Positions 1-12,909 of a stretch of DNA of 64,000 nucleotides are shown piece by piece. The notes under the pieces are model-generated. The model had not been told where the DNA came from, did no database searches, and worked only from the letters and a program-made list of their open reading frames with translations. The position numbers and the translations under genes were made by a program. Source of the DNA: Octopus vulgaris (taxonomy: Eukaryota); contig OX597818.1 of NCBI GenBank assembly GCA_951406725.2, positions 68,882,001 through 68,946,000 on the forward strand. The letters run 5' to 3'. The stretch's first letter is position 1. Every line of letters starts with the position of its first letter.

Positions 1-560
1 TTTCTGCCCTTTTCCATTTCCCATTCTGCATCCATGTCTTTTAGGCATTCCTTGCTTTCATTCTCTCCTCTTTTATGTTAGATTTTTCTCTCCTCTTCAA
101 CTCTGCAGACAACAATCTCATTCTATTAAATTATCTATTGTAGGTCTAATGTTTTTTGATTTTTGTTTTTTGTTGTTTTGATGTACAGAAAGGATGCGTG
201 CCCATAGCCTACACAGGCATTCTAGATTTGGTGATACTGATGCCATCAAAGTTCCTTTTGAACAGTAGAAATTCTTCAACTGTAGAGAGAATATTTACAG
301 GGAGAGAATTCCACAGGGATTGCATTTTCTATCCTGTTTCATTTGTTCATTTAACATCCATTCTCCCATGCTGAGATGTGATTGACAGGGACTTAACAGC
401 AGCAGGATTTTACGACTGGGTGCACTTCCAGTCACCAAACCTTCCCTGGGTTTCAGTTAAGGGATGTAATGTTGTTATCCATTATTGATGTGGCCTTTCA
501 AGTGCACAGTGACTGACCACAGTTTCAATAAGAAAATATCAATATTCTCAAGCCTGCAGT

Positions 561-619
<59 letters not shown>

Positions 620-641
620 TCATACATCATCATGATGTACT

Positions 642-860
642 GTTTCAAATTTTGGCACAAACCCAGTAATCTTTGGGGAGGGGACAGGGTGAAAGCAATT
701 ACATTGACCTCAATGTTTAATTGGTCCTTTTTTATCGACCCTTAAAGGATGAAAGGCTAAGTCCATCTCAGTAGGATTGGAACTCAAAATGCAAAGATAA
801 GTGAAATGCCACTGAGTATTTTGCATGGTTTGCTGACGATCCTGCCAGCTCACAGCTTTA
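642..860 (-). mobile_element. Degenerate tRNA-derived SINE, family C
   Basis: Matches the better copy at 7207-7472 (atcgacccttaaaggatgaaagg...gaactcaaaatg). Confidence 0.7.
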
Positions 861-881
861 CACTCACACAATATAAAACAG

Positions 882-956
<75 letters not shown>

Positions 957-1518
957 CAACACGCTTCCATACAGTATCTAAAAGCATTGGTTGACTCAAG
1001 GCTGTAGTCAAAGACATTTGCACAAGATTATGGACCATGGGACAGAACTAAAAGCTGTGTAGTTTTGAAATGAACAGAAAGAAAAAAAAAAGAAACAGAT
1101 GCACTAATTGACCTATTCAAGGGACTTTTTTTAGTGGTTGTGTAGTCTGCTAGAAATATCAACCAAATCTTCTTCAAATCAGAACCTGATCAGGTGCAAA
1201 GAAGTAAAAGTTGTTCCTGAATAATATCCAAGATAAACTTATCATCATCATCATCACCCTCATCATCATCATCATCGTCGTCGTCGTCGTCGTCATCGTC
1301 ATAATCATAAATGAGAAAGCTATGTGGTCATGGAAACTATGCCAAAATAATTACTTACACAACAAAGTGTGTATATGTGTGGGTGTGTGCGGGGGGGGGT
1401 ACTTTCTTTGTTGCTGTATGGACAAAAGATGATGAAAGATTGTCGCTGAGAGTGAAGGTGTAAGAACTGCTCAACCCATGTTATAGAAAAAACAGAGGTA
1501 AAACGATGGCAAGAACAA

Positions 1519-1552
<34 letters not shown>

Positions 1553-2049
1553 ATTGACAATGTTGATTGACAACACTGAAGACAAAGAACAACAAGCGAT
1601 ATTGATGATGGCACCAATGACAACGATGAAGATAATAGTGGACAGAGTGGACAGAGGGCAGTCTGCTATGCCATGGTTGAGAAAACACTGGATATTTGCT
1701 GAGACTACAAGACATCTTCAGTGTTTCTTTGATGATGAGCAGGTGTGGTCATCGTTTGTCAGAATTACCTTTCTTTGTCCCTTTGTCCCTTTGACTTATC
1801 TGCACTCCTGGCTGAAGTGTAGACCAGGGCAAGACACTTGGCCCCTGGAGGGTCAGCAGGCACTCACAGCCCTCTGCAAATCAGTCATTGCCATTCGTGG
1901 AAATTCCACTTTGGCATTCTGTAGATGGTAAGTCTCAGGAAAATGTGTCCAGGTTCTTGGGGAGAATCTGGGCATCAATGAAAATCAATTGGCTGATTTG
2001 TTCCTAAGGACTTTGTGCTAGGATCCTTTTCTTTTACTTCTTTCTTTCT

Positions 2050-2400
2050 TTTTCTTGTTTCAAGACTGCGGCCATGCTGGGGCATCACCTTGAAGAATTT
2101 TTAAGAGAATGACTCAACTGCAGTACTTAATTTTTTAAAGCTTGGTACTTATTCTGTCAGTGTCTTTTGCCAAACTGCTAAGTTACAGGGACGTAAACAT
2201 TTCAACACAGGTTGTCAAGTAGTGACTGAACACACACACACACACACACATGATGGGCTTCTTTCAGTTTCTGTCTGCCAGATCCACTTACAAAGTTTTG
2301 GTCGGCCTGAAGCTAAAGTAGACCTGAGGCTAAAGAAGACACTTGCCCTCAGTGCTACACAGTGGGACTGAACCTGGTACTATTTGGTTCAAAGGATAAT
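2050..2400 (-). mobile_element. tRNA-derived SINE, family A
   Basis: Reverse complement of the family A body (gactgcggccatgctgg...ctttcagtttctgtct...gacacttgccc...gggactgaacc) with an internal CA tract. Confidence 0.8.
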
Positions 2401-3103
2401 CTCTGGCTTGGTACCACTACTGTGGCCGTTGTCAATACGAGATAAGCTCTACAGGAATGGTAGTGCTGTCTGCGAAATCTGCTTGAGATTTTCACAGAGA
2501 AACAAAAGTGTGCTGCACATAGAAATCCAATGCTGGAGCATTGGTGACTTTTGAAAGTATATTGGACACCTGTTGCCAAATGTTGGAAGGGTCCACCTGT
2601 TGGCTGAGTCCACTTGTTGGAAAGATTGTCCTACTGCCATGAAGAACAGGCAATCTGGTGGCCTCTGCAAAAGGGAGGTTGGATAGTGGACTAGATTGAA
2701 AGCAGACATCTTCCTCTTACCAAATTTTCGAGTTTTACTTGAAAAGAAAGGTGAGGGTGGAGAGTGAATTGCTACCTTCCAGAAACATGTTGAAAGGTGG
2801 ATGGCAGTGGTAAGAAGGATCTAAGTGAGCTGAGCCTTTAAAGTGAGAGAGGAGGATGGGGGAGAGCACTTGCTCTATGGGTGACTAAGGTTTTGTGAAG
2901 GTTCTATGAGGAGACAACAGAAATATTCCTTAGCCCTTTGGAGAATCATTCCTTGTTTGAATCTTTTTTTGTTTTGTTTTATTTCATAGTTTAAAGTCTA
3001 CACACTTTCAAGTACCCCCACAATGTATCATACTGTATTATCTTGCACCGTTCTCATTCCTTTCACAATCCCTTGGTGGTTAATAAAGAAATCTTTTATT
3101 ATT

Positions 3104-3478
3104 CTTACCTCCGTTTAACTAAGGCGGGAGTATTGTTTTCAGTCGTGTTTGTTTGTCCATGGACAAGATATCTCAAGAACTGCAGGATGGATTCGAATGA
3201 AACTTTCAGGGGTGTTTAGCTTCATAACTGGAATAAACTGATTAGATTTTGGGATCAATCTGATATATGACAAGGATTCTGGATTATTTTTCCGTTTTTA
3301 TATATTTTTTTTTTATTCTTAACTTTTGTGAGTGATCACGTTCATTTTTAGTATTCTCATTTGTGAGAGCAGTCGAGTTTATTTCAGATATTCTCATTTT
3401 AAAATTCATCTGCTGCTAATCGTTGAGAAGACGTTGGTGCTGCCTAGGTGGAGATTGCACTCTCTGAGTGCTCTTGTT
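3104..3478 (+). mobile_element. Helentron-associated interspersed element (HINE/DINE-1-like)
   Basis: 5' ttACCTCCG subterminal repeat; gtttgtttgtcc tract; 3' GGTGGAGAT subterminal repeat followed by hairpin GCACTC-tct-GAGTGC and a TCTTGTT end; T-rich flanks. Confidence 0.7.
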
Positions 3479-3489
3479 ATTATTATTGG

Positions 3490-3830
3490 ACTTGACTCAG
3501 GTTTGGTTTTACTCCTGGAAGAATTTATGTGAGTAGTGGGTTAATAACTGTTATTTTAGATACCTGAAAACTTTCAATAATCTTTCAAGTGCTCAAACCC
3601 CTTCTGATAATCTTTCCTGCCCATAAGAAGCAAATTTTCTGCAGAAGTTCTCCAGGACATTCTATTCCAATCCCCTTCAACCATTTCTCTATATCTTTTC
3701 TCACAATTCCCAATGCAGCAATTATTACAGACACAGCCTTTACAGCTTTCACATTCCAAATTCTTGCAATTTCGAATTTTAAGGAATTGAATTTTTTTAA
3801 TTTTGCATATCCTTTCTTTACAATTTGTTA
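3490..3830 (-). mobile_element. 3' end of R4/Dong-like RLE non-LTR retrotransposon
   Basis: Minus strand reads KFNSLKFEIARIWNVKAVKAVSVIIAALGIVRKDIEKWLKGIGIECPGELLQKICFLWAGKIIRRGLST*, the R4-clade C-terminus, followed by a short UTR and (TAA)n at about 3478-3488. Confidence 0.75.
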
Positions 3831-3839
3831 TTAATATTA

Positions 3840-4430
3840 TTTAAGCTACAACACAGTATACAATATCATGAGGTTGTTGATTGAAGATATTGTGTCTACT
3901 GGGGGTTTGTACTGTTTGTCAAGTCACAACAAGGACCACAGACAGACAGTACTTTACACAATATATGCACAGTTCCAAGTAATACTGACTTTTGCAGTAC
4001 ATCTAGATTGTAAGGTATTTCTAACATTTCCAGATGTTTTTTCAGGTTGGGTGGTATTGAACCCAATTCTCCGATGACAATAGGGACAACCTTTATGTTT
4101 GACTCTCGTAGCTGCCAGGTTTTGGCGATCTCAATTCTCAGGTCTCCATATTTATCAACCTTTTTTCTTTCTTTCATGACGATATGTCAAGCTCCTGGCA
4201 CTACTACATCGATTATTAAGCGCTCTTGTCCCCCCTAAAGGTTATCATGTCTGACTTTTGGTGCTCTAATACCTTGTCTGTCTGGAAGTCAAAGTCCCAG
4301 AGGATTTTTGCCTTCCCTTTTTCACCCATTACCTTTTCAGGTATATGTTGGTACCAGGTATCTGTTACTTCACATCCACACATCCAGCAAAGTAGCCAGA
4401 GAAGGTTCTGCACTACCTTGACGTGTTTGC
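3840..4430 (-). mobile_element. R4/Dong-like RLE retrotransposon fragment (frameshifted endonuclease)
   Basis: WYQHIPEKV...ILWDFDFQTDKVLEHQKSD...KKVDKYGDLRIEIAKTW...VVPIVIGELGSIP...LQKSVLLGTVHILCKVL; the 5' end abuts (TAA)n at 4431-4512. Confidence 0.9.
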
Positions 4431-4451
4431 TATTATTATTTATCATTATTA

Positions 4452-4500
<49 letters not shown>

Positions 4501-5519
4501 CATTATTATTATTTGTCAGACATTTTCTTTTTGGTTATGATGTGATGTCCCATTCTATCTGGTTGTACATGTTATAATCCAATAGCATATATGTATATAC
4601 ACACACACACACATATATATATACACATATATAGAGCGAGGGGAGAGGGTGAGGGAGAGGAAGAGAGAGGTGCATGCTTGTACTTTATCAGCGGTGACAA
4701 AATAATGTTGAAAGAAATTGCTTGAGAAAAATGTGTTAAAGATATCTGAGTTTTACCAGAATTGGTAAATAGTCTGCAGAGAATCAGAAAAGAGAGAAAC
4801 AATTGATTTTCATGTCGTACATTCTACAGCTTTTTGAATGACATGGAAGATTATAGATTTAGCAATACACACGCAAACATATGCACTTGCACACTCACAC
4901 ACACACATACACACATGCACACACACACAGACAAACACACATGCATATCTATGTTTATGAATGTGTATGTATGTGTTTGTAAATAAATGTGTGTGTGTGT
5001 GTGTATTTATAGTTTTTCAGCAGCAATTGTCGAATCAGCAAAAATGGAAGTCATTGATCTTGCAGAGTGATATTAGTAATCCTGATTAGATGACGAGAAT
5101 GGCTGTTAGTCAGTCGGTCTTTATTACGGCTTTTCATGTTACAAAAAAAAAAAATACGAAAATATAAGAAAAACAAATACAGAGCAAGAACTACCTGGAA
5201 GTGCTAAACTATTTGTATCCTGACTTTGATGCCGTAACGCTGTGGATGTTACCCTTTTGTTGTGCAATGCCGCCTTTCATCATACGCCATTTACCAAACA
5301 TCCCCTTTCAATGATTACAGAATAAACCAACAAAACAACATTAGATTATATTAATCAAACACAAATTTTGTGCAGTGGCTTATTAGCCATATTTTCTTTA
5401 CCCCCCCCATCCCCAGTATGTGGTTCTTTTAGATATTTGCATTGGCTAGTGCTCCCTCTGTTAAATTCTTATGGAAATAACTAAATTTCCTAGGCGGGTT
5501 TTGGCATTAGAATTAAGGA

Positions 5520-5890
5520 AAGGGACTTAGTTGATATTAGTAGCAGGATCCATTCAAGGACCATCCTCAGTACATCACTGTTACTTTATTTTATTGACCC
5601 CCAGAAGGAATGAAAAGCAAAGTTGACATCAATGTAATTTAAACTCAGAATGTAAAGAACCAAGACAATAGCCAGGACAAATAATGGTTTCAAATTTTGG
5701 CACAAGGCCAGCAACTTGGGGCAGAAAGAATAAGACAAATATACTGACCCCAGTGTTTAACTGGTACTTATTTTATTGACTCCGAAAGGGATAAAGGCAA
5801 AGTTTGCCACAGTGGAAATTGAACTCAGCATGAAAAGACAGATGACATACCACTAAGAATTTTGACCAGCATGCTAATAATTCCATCAGG
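5520..5890 (-). mobile_element. Two tandem degenerate family C SINEs
   Basis: Two successive tattgac...gaa(a)gg...aaa(g/a)gcaaagtt...aactcag blocks. Confidence 0.65.
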
Positions 5891-6499
5891 TCACTGTTTT
5901 GGCCAGAACAAATATTGTAAGAAATATGTTTGGCAATCTTGTGATTTTTCCATTTCACCGCATCAACAACTTTTGCATTGAAATTTTATTAGATGTTGAG
6001 ACACGATCTGTCCTATTATTCTGCTCATTGATAACACAATGTCCTATTCATATTTCAACCCGAATTTACAGGGTTTTTTTTTTTTTTGGTTTCTTTGTAG
6101 AGATGGGTAAATATTGTTCCTGATGTTAATGTTTTATTTCTGGCAAAACTCATGGACGTTTCTAAATACCTTTATTGCCCATCCTTGATATTTGTCAGTC
6201 TTATGAGCTCCTGACTCACCCAAGGGGACACTAAAGCCCCAATTATGAACCCCTGCTGCAATGAGGGCAGGCATGACCACAATATTGTGTAACTAAAGAA
6301 ATAAATCAGAACTAAACATAAAATTAGTCGTTTCTTTTAAAGACATGGAATCAACAGAGCTGTTAGATTATTTGTTAAAACACCTTAGTTTGTTTGTTCC
6401 AATGCTATGTGCTCTGAGTTCAAATCACATCAAGGTCAACTTTACTTTTTGTTCTTCAGGGTCGATAAATAAAGTAACAAGCTTTCAGCACATAAAAAG

Positions 6500-7120
6500 C
6501 TGAATCAAATGTCACAAGACCAACAAGCATCAGCCATCGCCCATCCACCCCCCTGGGTATCAGATTCCTAAGAGAAGGTAACAAGGCTCCTAAGATGAAA
6601 GCAGCAGCCTTGGAATCCATCTGCTATTTTGCATCTAGTGTCAGATACAAATGGAACTGAAGGCAGACTTTTCTTCCCAGAGGAGGAAGTGGTAAGATCA
6701 CTCCAACGCAGATCAGTTTCTGCTCTCCAAGAATGCAAAAACAATTGTCGTGGTTGAACTTACAGTGACCTGGGAGTCTAGGTTCAACATTTCTCCAGAC
6801 CTAAAGGAAACCAAATATCAGGACCTGATGAACAAAAAAAGTCATCAAAGAATGTCACAAGACTCCATTCTCCAATCAATTAAACTGCTGTGACTTTTGA
6901 GCTTCATAAGCACACCATTTCCTACAAACAACTAAAGAAAGCCACCAAAGTGATAAAATGTGCAGGTGATACTCACTCAGAGTGGCTGTGGTTGAAAAGG
7001 TCTCAGGTAGAACTCTTCAAAAGGTAAAGATTAATTCACTCCCATCAGCTCTTCATGGGGAAATCATATTGATGAAGGGGCAAAAGGCTTGTGACCCTGA
7101 AATCCCTGCTTATGACATGG
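6500..7120 (+). mobile_element. HERO-like RLE non-LTR retrotransposon 3' fragment (pseudogenised)
   Basis: WELKADF..FPEEEVVRSLQR(P)DQFLLSKNAKTIVVVELTVTWESRFNISPDLKETKYQDL...SEWLWLKR matches the PD...ELTVPWE...K..KY..L and terminal WLW.KR motifs of HERO-type endonucleases; frameshifted. Confidence 0.7.
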
Positions 7121-7206
7121 AATAGTTTCCATCATTGTGGGGAATTTAGAAGAGTTTGCAATAGCTCTCTGTGGCGCTTGCTCTTTTTGCAAGAGGTAAA
7201 ATACCT

Positions 7207-7472
7207 ATTTCTTTACTACCCACAAGGGGCTAAACACAGAGAGGAGAAACAAGGACAGACAAATGGATTAAGTCGATTATATCGACCCCAGTGTGTAACT
7301 GGTACTTAATTTATTGACCCCGAAAGGATGAAAGGCAAAGTCAACCTTGGAGGAATTTGAACTCAGAGCGTAACAGCAGACGAAATACGGCTACGCATTT
7401 TGCCCGGCATGCTAATGTTTCTGCCAGCTCACTGCTTTTTCTGCCAGCTCGCTGCCTTCAACCAGCTTGCCA
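7207..7472 (-). mobile_element. Family C tRNA-derived SINE, near full length, with target-site duplication
   Basis: Minus strand has B-box GAGTTCAAATTCC then GGTTGACTTTGCCTTTCATCCTTTCGGGGTCAATAAATTAAGTACCAG; flanked by CAAGAGGTAAAATACCT at 7190-7206 and 7473-7489. Confidence 0.88.
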
Positions 7473-8742
7473 CAAGAGGTAAAATACCTCCAATGTTTAT
7501 TTCCCCAATATGAATAGGTTGACATGATAGATACCTATCGAAGTAGAGGCCCTAATATAGCAGCCCGAAACTTTGAAGGCAGTGCCCCCGGATTGTGAGA
7601 GTGCAAGGAACAAAACCAGTGAAGGAAAGGGAATACATTTATATTTAAAGGACCCTGTAGTGAAGAATATCTTGTAAACAAAATAAGCAGGTTTTATTTC
7701 GTGTAAAGAGAATCAAATGAAAATTCTTGTGATCATTCCATCCATGTAAGAAAAATGGTTGAATACAAAGCAATGCAAGAATAAATCCCAAACAGATGGA
7801 ACATTGCTTCCAATACGGATGTTGACATTAAAGAATCCGAATCAGAATTAGAATATTGGGAATTATACATCTATGAGGATTCTTGAAGCTGTTATTTCCT
7901 GGATGACGGCACTATTTCCAAAGGAAATGAAGAATTGTTGATTTCTGCATTTGCAATCCATTGGTTTGTGAGAAACTGCAATGGATGTACTTTAAGCATG
8001 TAATTGCTCAGAAAAATACATAATGTGGGAAGCAAGAGAGAAATGGAGAAAGGTAGTTCTTATAAAGAAAACAAATAATTCTGCTGGAGCTGTTGTTGTC
8101 AAGCCACCAGGTCAACCTTGACCAAACAGACCTCTGATCAAAAGCTTTCCAGCTGTGACTATCCTTTGTTTTGCATTTCCCAGACTACCTCAGCCAATTT
8201 GTACTTGCTTGTTATTCGTTTTTAACTGTAAGCTGGGAATTTAGCAAAATTTGGCTGCTATTATCAGCAGCTTAAATGGCAAGGAAGATAATCCATGGTT
8301 AAATGAAGGAAAATTTTGCTAATGTTCAGACTGTGGAAACAGACTGTTCCTTTGGGGTGGAATAACAGATATTTTGTCATCATCGTTTGGTAGAAAAGTA
8401 TTTTAAAAGGTTTTTAATTTCAATAGAAATATTTTAGAAAATTAAGGCTCTTGTATCTTATAAGCAGAAGATGGCTTCTTATGGGGTGATGTGAAGTGTG
8501 TTATGTCAATCAGAATAGGAGAGACATATCAATGATACGTACTTTTAGCAATTCTCAGTTTGGCAAGATTGGTGCTGGGGACCCAGGAGGGGATGTATGA
8601 GTTTCTGTAAATAATGTATGCAAGAGTGTCATGGCTGGATAGGCAGGAACTGGATTCGGGTTCAAATGATTGTGGCACAGTGAACTTTGCTAAAGATATC
8701 CAAGGACCATGCATACCCATATGTATATATGCATATATGTAC

Positions 8743-8773
<31 letters not shown>

Positions 8774-9092
8774 TGTATGTATGTATGTATGTATGCATGT
8801 ATGTAAAGGAGCCTAATTCTTTGAACAGATGGTCAGTAGCGACACCTGCCTGGTTCGGCTACTTTACATTGATAAGAGGCAAATACCCTGAAGCTAGTCT
8901 GTAGATGCCAGACCAGCAAGGGGAAGCAGCTGGCCTCCCCTGTTCGAGGTTTATAATGGACACAGGTTCATGTGTCACATAGCTAGCTAGATGCGATGGC
9001 CTCTTGGAGCTAATCAACCATAGGATTCGTCCCATTTTTCTGGACTGTCATGCTACCTTGGTGATAACTATATATATATATATATATATATA

Positions 9093-9438
9093 GGTGCAGG
9101 AGTGGCTGTGTGGCACCTTGGGCAAGTGTTGTCTACTATAGCCTTGGGCCAACCAAAGCACTGTGAGTGGATTTGGTAGAGAGAAACTGAAAGAAGCCTG
9201 TTGTGTATATGTATATATGTATGTGCATGTCTTCATGTCTGTATTTGTGTTCCCCACACCACCGTTGCTTGACAACTGATGTTGATGTGTTTACATCCCT
9301 GCAACTTAGCAGTTTGACAGAAAAGACTGATAGAATAAGTACCAGGCTTACAAAATAAGTCCAGGGGTCGATTTCTTCGATTGAAAGGTGGGGCTGCAGC
9401 ATGGCCCAAGTCAAATGACTGAAACAAGTAAAAGAATA
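9093..9438 (+). mobile_element. Family A SINE with a deletion in the tRNA head
   Basis: ggtgcaggagtggctgtgtggcaccttgggcaagtg...ctgaaagaagcc...cagcatggcc...tgactgaaacaagtaaaag. Confidence 0.85.
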
Positions 9439-9517
9439 TATATATTGTTCTATTTAGAGATGATGATTTTTTTTTTTTTTGCAAAATAAACACATGCAGT
9501 CATCTTGGAAAATGGAT

Positions 9518-9552
<35 letters not shown>

Positions 9553-9557
<5 letters not shown>

Positions 9558-9950
9558 CTATATCTGTAATATAATATTTGACAATTATTCAGTTGCCATA
9601 ATAAAACTCCGAGTTTCGGATGTTGGGGCGGAAATCTGCTCCGGCATCTTGTCAATTATTAAGACAAACGAAAATGCTATGAAAATAACCATTAAACAAA
9701 GAGAAATTACTATGAAGATGACCGTTTTAAGACAAACAAAAGAAATATTTGAATGTCCGTTAAATAAAGGGAAAAACCCAAAAGGGGAGAAAGTAAAAAA
9801 CATTCATAGTATTTGCGTATACACGCATGAACATACATACACATGCATGCACACCCACGAATAATTGTCACATATTATATTAAAGATAAATTCCTCTATT
9901 TACATAATATTGAGGTCTCATTCATTCTTTTGTTGTCATACTTTACTCGT
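9553..9950. mobile_element. Putative Penelope-like terminal fragments in inverted arrangement (family G)
   Basis: 9553-9660 and 9861-9950 are opposite-orientation pieces of the repeat also found at 59155-59424 and 60190-60345; contains a hammerhead motif. Confidence 0.55.
9600..9660 (-). ncRNA. Minimal type-I hammerhead ribozyme-like motif, U3-A8 core
   Basis: AATAA TTGACAA GATG..22 nt..CATC C GAAA CTCGGAG T T TTATT: helix I AATAA/TTATT, helix II GATG/CATC, near-palindromic helix III ACTC-G-GAGT. Confidence 0.6.
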
Positions 9951-10017
9951 AATATATATATATATAGTAGTGGTACCACAAGGCACTAATATTTAGTGGT
10001 GGAAATATATATATCAT

Positions 10018-10530
10018 TATCATCATCATCATTGTTTAATGTGCATTTTCCATGTTGGCATGGGTTTGCTAGTTTGACAGGAATTAAGAAGCCAGGGACC
10101 CTAGCCTGGCTCCTTTTGTCTGTTTTGGTATGATTTCTATGGCCGGATGCCTTTCCTAATGCCAACCACTTTACAGAGCATGCTGGGTGCCCTTTATGTA
10201 GCAGCAGCACCAGTGCTTTTTACTTGAAACTAGCATAGGGGATCTTTACGTGGCACTGTCACCTGTAGGGTCCCAAGTGGCTTGTAAAACAAAGACCACT
10301 TAGCTGAGAAAGGGAGCAGAGCTGAGGGAAGTGGCTGTGTACCAGCAGAGGGGTCAGAGTGTAACAAAGGGACTGTAACAGATGTCTTACTATAGAAGAG
10401 GTACTTGGCTCTCCCAGCAGAGCAAAGAAGGAGAGGAAGGTGGGAGAGTGTCAGAGAGAAAGACAGATAGATAAATATATATAGAGAGAAATAGATGGTG
10501 TTGGAGATGTATTGAGGCCTACCTACAGGG
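10018..10530 (-). mobile_element. Family B (RTE-like LINE 3' end) with (GAT)n tail
   Basis: catcatcat...ttttccatgttggcatgggtt...ggatgcctttcctaatgccaaccac is the reverse complement of the family B terminus. Confidence 0.75.
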
Positions 10531-10567
10531 AACAGTGGTGGAGATTGTATGTAGTAGAGGGGACACT

Positions 10568-10598
<31 letters not shown>

Positions 10599-10710
10599 TT
10601 TCATATTTGATCCAAAACAAAATTTCTACATCACGCATGTGCATGTCCACTCATACACATGCATACACACACACATGCATACACACACACATGCACACAC
10701 ATACACGCGT

Positions 10711-10742
<32 letters not shown>

Positions 10743-12107
10743 TCACTCATAAATACACTCGTATTGCCTCAGAGAGATAAATAGAAAAAAAAGAGAAAAA
10801 GAAAGGAAAACCAGGAAGGAAATAAAGAAGAAGAAAGAAGAAAGATAGAAAAGCTTGAAACTGAAAGTTGTTTGGTAGATCTGAAGATGGCATCAGTTAC
10901 TAATATGATTTTCTACAATACTCACTTTTAATTTTCGTTGTCTTTTACTGACCCTCCCCCCTCACTCACCTCCCTTCTTTCATTGCCTATTAACCATTCA
11001 GCTTATTGTAATTCTAAAATGGCATGTATTCTAATGACTGTTATTTAATTTTCTATTATATATTTTGGGAGAATAGAAGGAAAAAAAAAGAGTTCTTCTG
11101 ATTCCTGAATCTCCTATGAGACATGAGATGCTTAGAACCATTTTAAGTCCAAAGAATCTCGTTGTTATAATTTTCCTTGTTTTTTTATTTTTCCTTTCAC
11201 CTACCATTTTTCATTTTCGTTTCTTTGGAGTTTTAAGATTTTTTTCTTTCCATCTACTTCCAACCTAAATCTGATATTTGCAGGGAAAAAAAATCTCCAA
11301 AAGCAAAAATCTAGAAAAAGATGTTTTGGTTTATTTCCTGTATTTTCTCTCAAAATCCCCCTCTCTCTCTCACTCTCTCTCCATCTTTTTCTCCCTTTGT
11401 ATATATATATATATATATATATATAAATCTCTTTCTCTCCCTTGCTTGTTTTCCACAGATTTCTATGTCGACTGATTTAGAATTAAATAATGTGATATGC
11501 GTTCAGTGAACGAATTGCGGAGATTTCTCTTGGCAAATCTACAAAGCAAGAATCAATTAAAGACGTTTACTTCATGGATGGTTGCTTCCTTCTTAGAATC
11601 CATTCAGAAATCTCCTGGACTAGAGCATAACAAAAAATAACAAATATTTTTTTTTTTTTTATTCCAGTAAAGAAATACATATATATCGACCATTGATATT
11701 CTTTTGATTCCTCAATTTTATTGATTTGGTTAAAATATTTTTATTTATATTACTTTTTATTATTTCTCTTTTAGAATTATAGTTCCTTATCAGGTCAAAT
11801 TTCATAGACTTTTTGGGATAATACAACATATGCTTTATTTTTCTTTAAAGTCAATGGGAAAACCCTTTTTTATTAGCTTGGATCCTCATATATTGGCCAA
11901 TTAAGGGGCATAAAAATATTCATCAAAATATGGAGGTAAATTGCAGAAAATAAAAATGTTTTTTTTTAGAGATAATATATACAAAAAATTATATAAAAAC
12001 GTGTGTTTTGCGATAAGCCAAGGTCAGCCAGGGCTTGGTAAAGGGAGGATGATAGAAGGCTGTGACATTCATACGCACAAACACACAAGTGTATATATGT
12101 ATGCATG

Positions 12108-12365
12108 GCAGAAGCATATGGCCCAGTGGCTAGGGTGTTGGACTCATGATCATAAGATTGTGGTTTCAATTCCTGGTCCAGGTGATGTGTTGTGTTCATG
12201 AGCAAAATATTTCATTTCACGTTGATCCTGTCCACTCAGCTGGCCAAACTGAGTGACCCTGTGATGGACTGGTATCCCATCCAGGGGGGAGGGGGAATTT
12301 ATATACCATGGAAACTGGGAAACTGGGAAACTGGTCCTTATGAGCCTGACATGGCTCAGGAAGGA
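12108..12365 (+). mobile_element. tRNA-derived SINE family D (CORE-like), tail type 2
   Basis: A-box tggcccagtgg, B-box ggtttcaattcc, gtgttgtgttcatgagcaaaatatttcatttcac, cctgtgatggactggtatcccatccagggg; sister copy at 52207-52455. Confidence 0.8.
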
Positions 12366-12369
12366 TGCT

Positions 12370-12500
12370 TACCAGCCACATGGTTCTAGGTTCAGTCCCA
12401 CCGTATGGCACCTTGGGCAAGTGTCTTCTACTATAGTCTCGGGCTGACCAAGGCCTTGTGAGTGGATCTGTTAGGCAGAAACTGAATGAAGCCCATCATG
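12370..12500 (+). mobile_element. Family A SINE 5' fragment
   Basis: ccacatggttctaggttcagtcccac...gcaccttgggcaagtgtcttctactatag. Confidence 0.75.
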
Positions 12501-12581
12501 TATATATATATATATATGGATATTTTATTCTTTTTTTGGATTTAGTTTTCAAGATTCTTTATGTGAGTTCGTGTGTTGAAG

Positions 12582-12909
12582 CATATTCTGTTATGTGTGG
12601 GAGAGTCATTCTCTCTTAGTGCCTTATTATCTAACACACTTACTGGTAATATTTCCACTCATTTACTTATTTATTTTTCTAAAATTTTCTTTGTGGCTGG
12701 GAACCTTTTCAATAGTTGTTGACTCTGTCCCTTATTCAAGCTCCTTTATTCAAGCTCAGGTAACTATAGTCAATAACTATTGAAAAGGTCGCAAGCCGCA
12801 AAGAAAATTTTAGAAAAATAAATAAATAAGAGTGGAAACTTTACCGGTGAGTGTGTTAAATAATAAGGAAGTAAAAGAGAATGGCTCTCCCAAGACACAA
12901 CAAAATATG
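12582..12909. repeat. About 140 bp inverted repeat (putative Penelope-like termini); each arm has a degenerate hammerhead-like motif
   Basis: 12582-12724 is the reverse complement of 12768-12909; motif CTA TTGAAAA G GT(T/C)..GCAAA GAAA ATT T TAG at 12777-12813 (+) and 12679-12715 (-). Confidence 0.7.

Noticed and set aside
1506-1931. 141 aa ORF with a signal-peptide-like poly-Leu
   Set aside because: The poly-Leu is a CTG microsatellite; the rest has no recognisable homology and may be decayed LINE sequence.
7064-7115. TCATA TTGATGA AGGG...CCCT GAAA...TATGA hammerhead-like pattern in the HERO-like 3' UTR
   Set aside because: No helix III and no UH cleavage site; may be chance.
11430-11510. 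Strong-looking splice acceptor (pyrimidine tract + CACAG)
   Set aside because: All three frames stop within 17 codons and there is no evident donor; pyrimidine tracts are common here.
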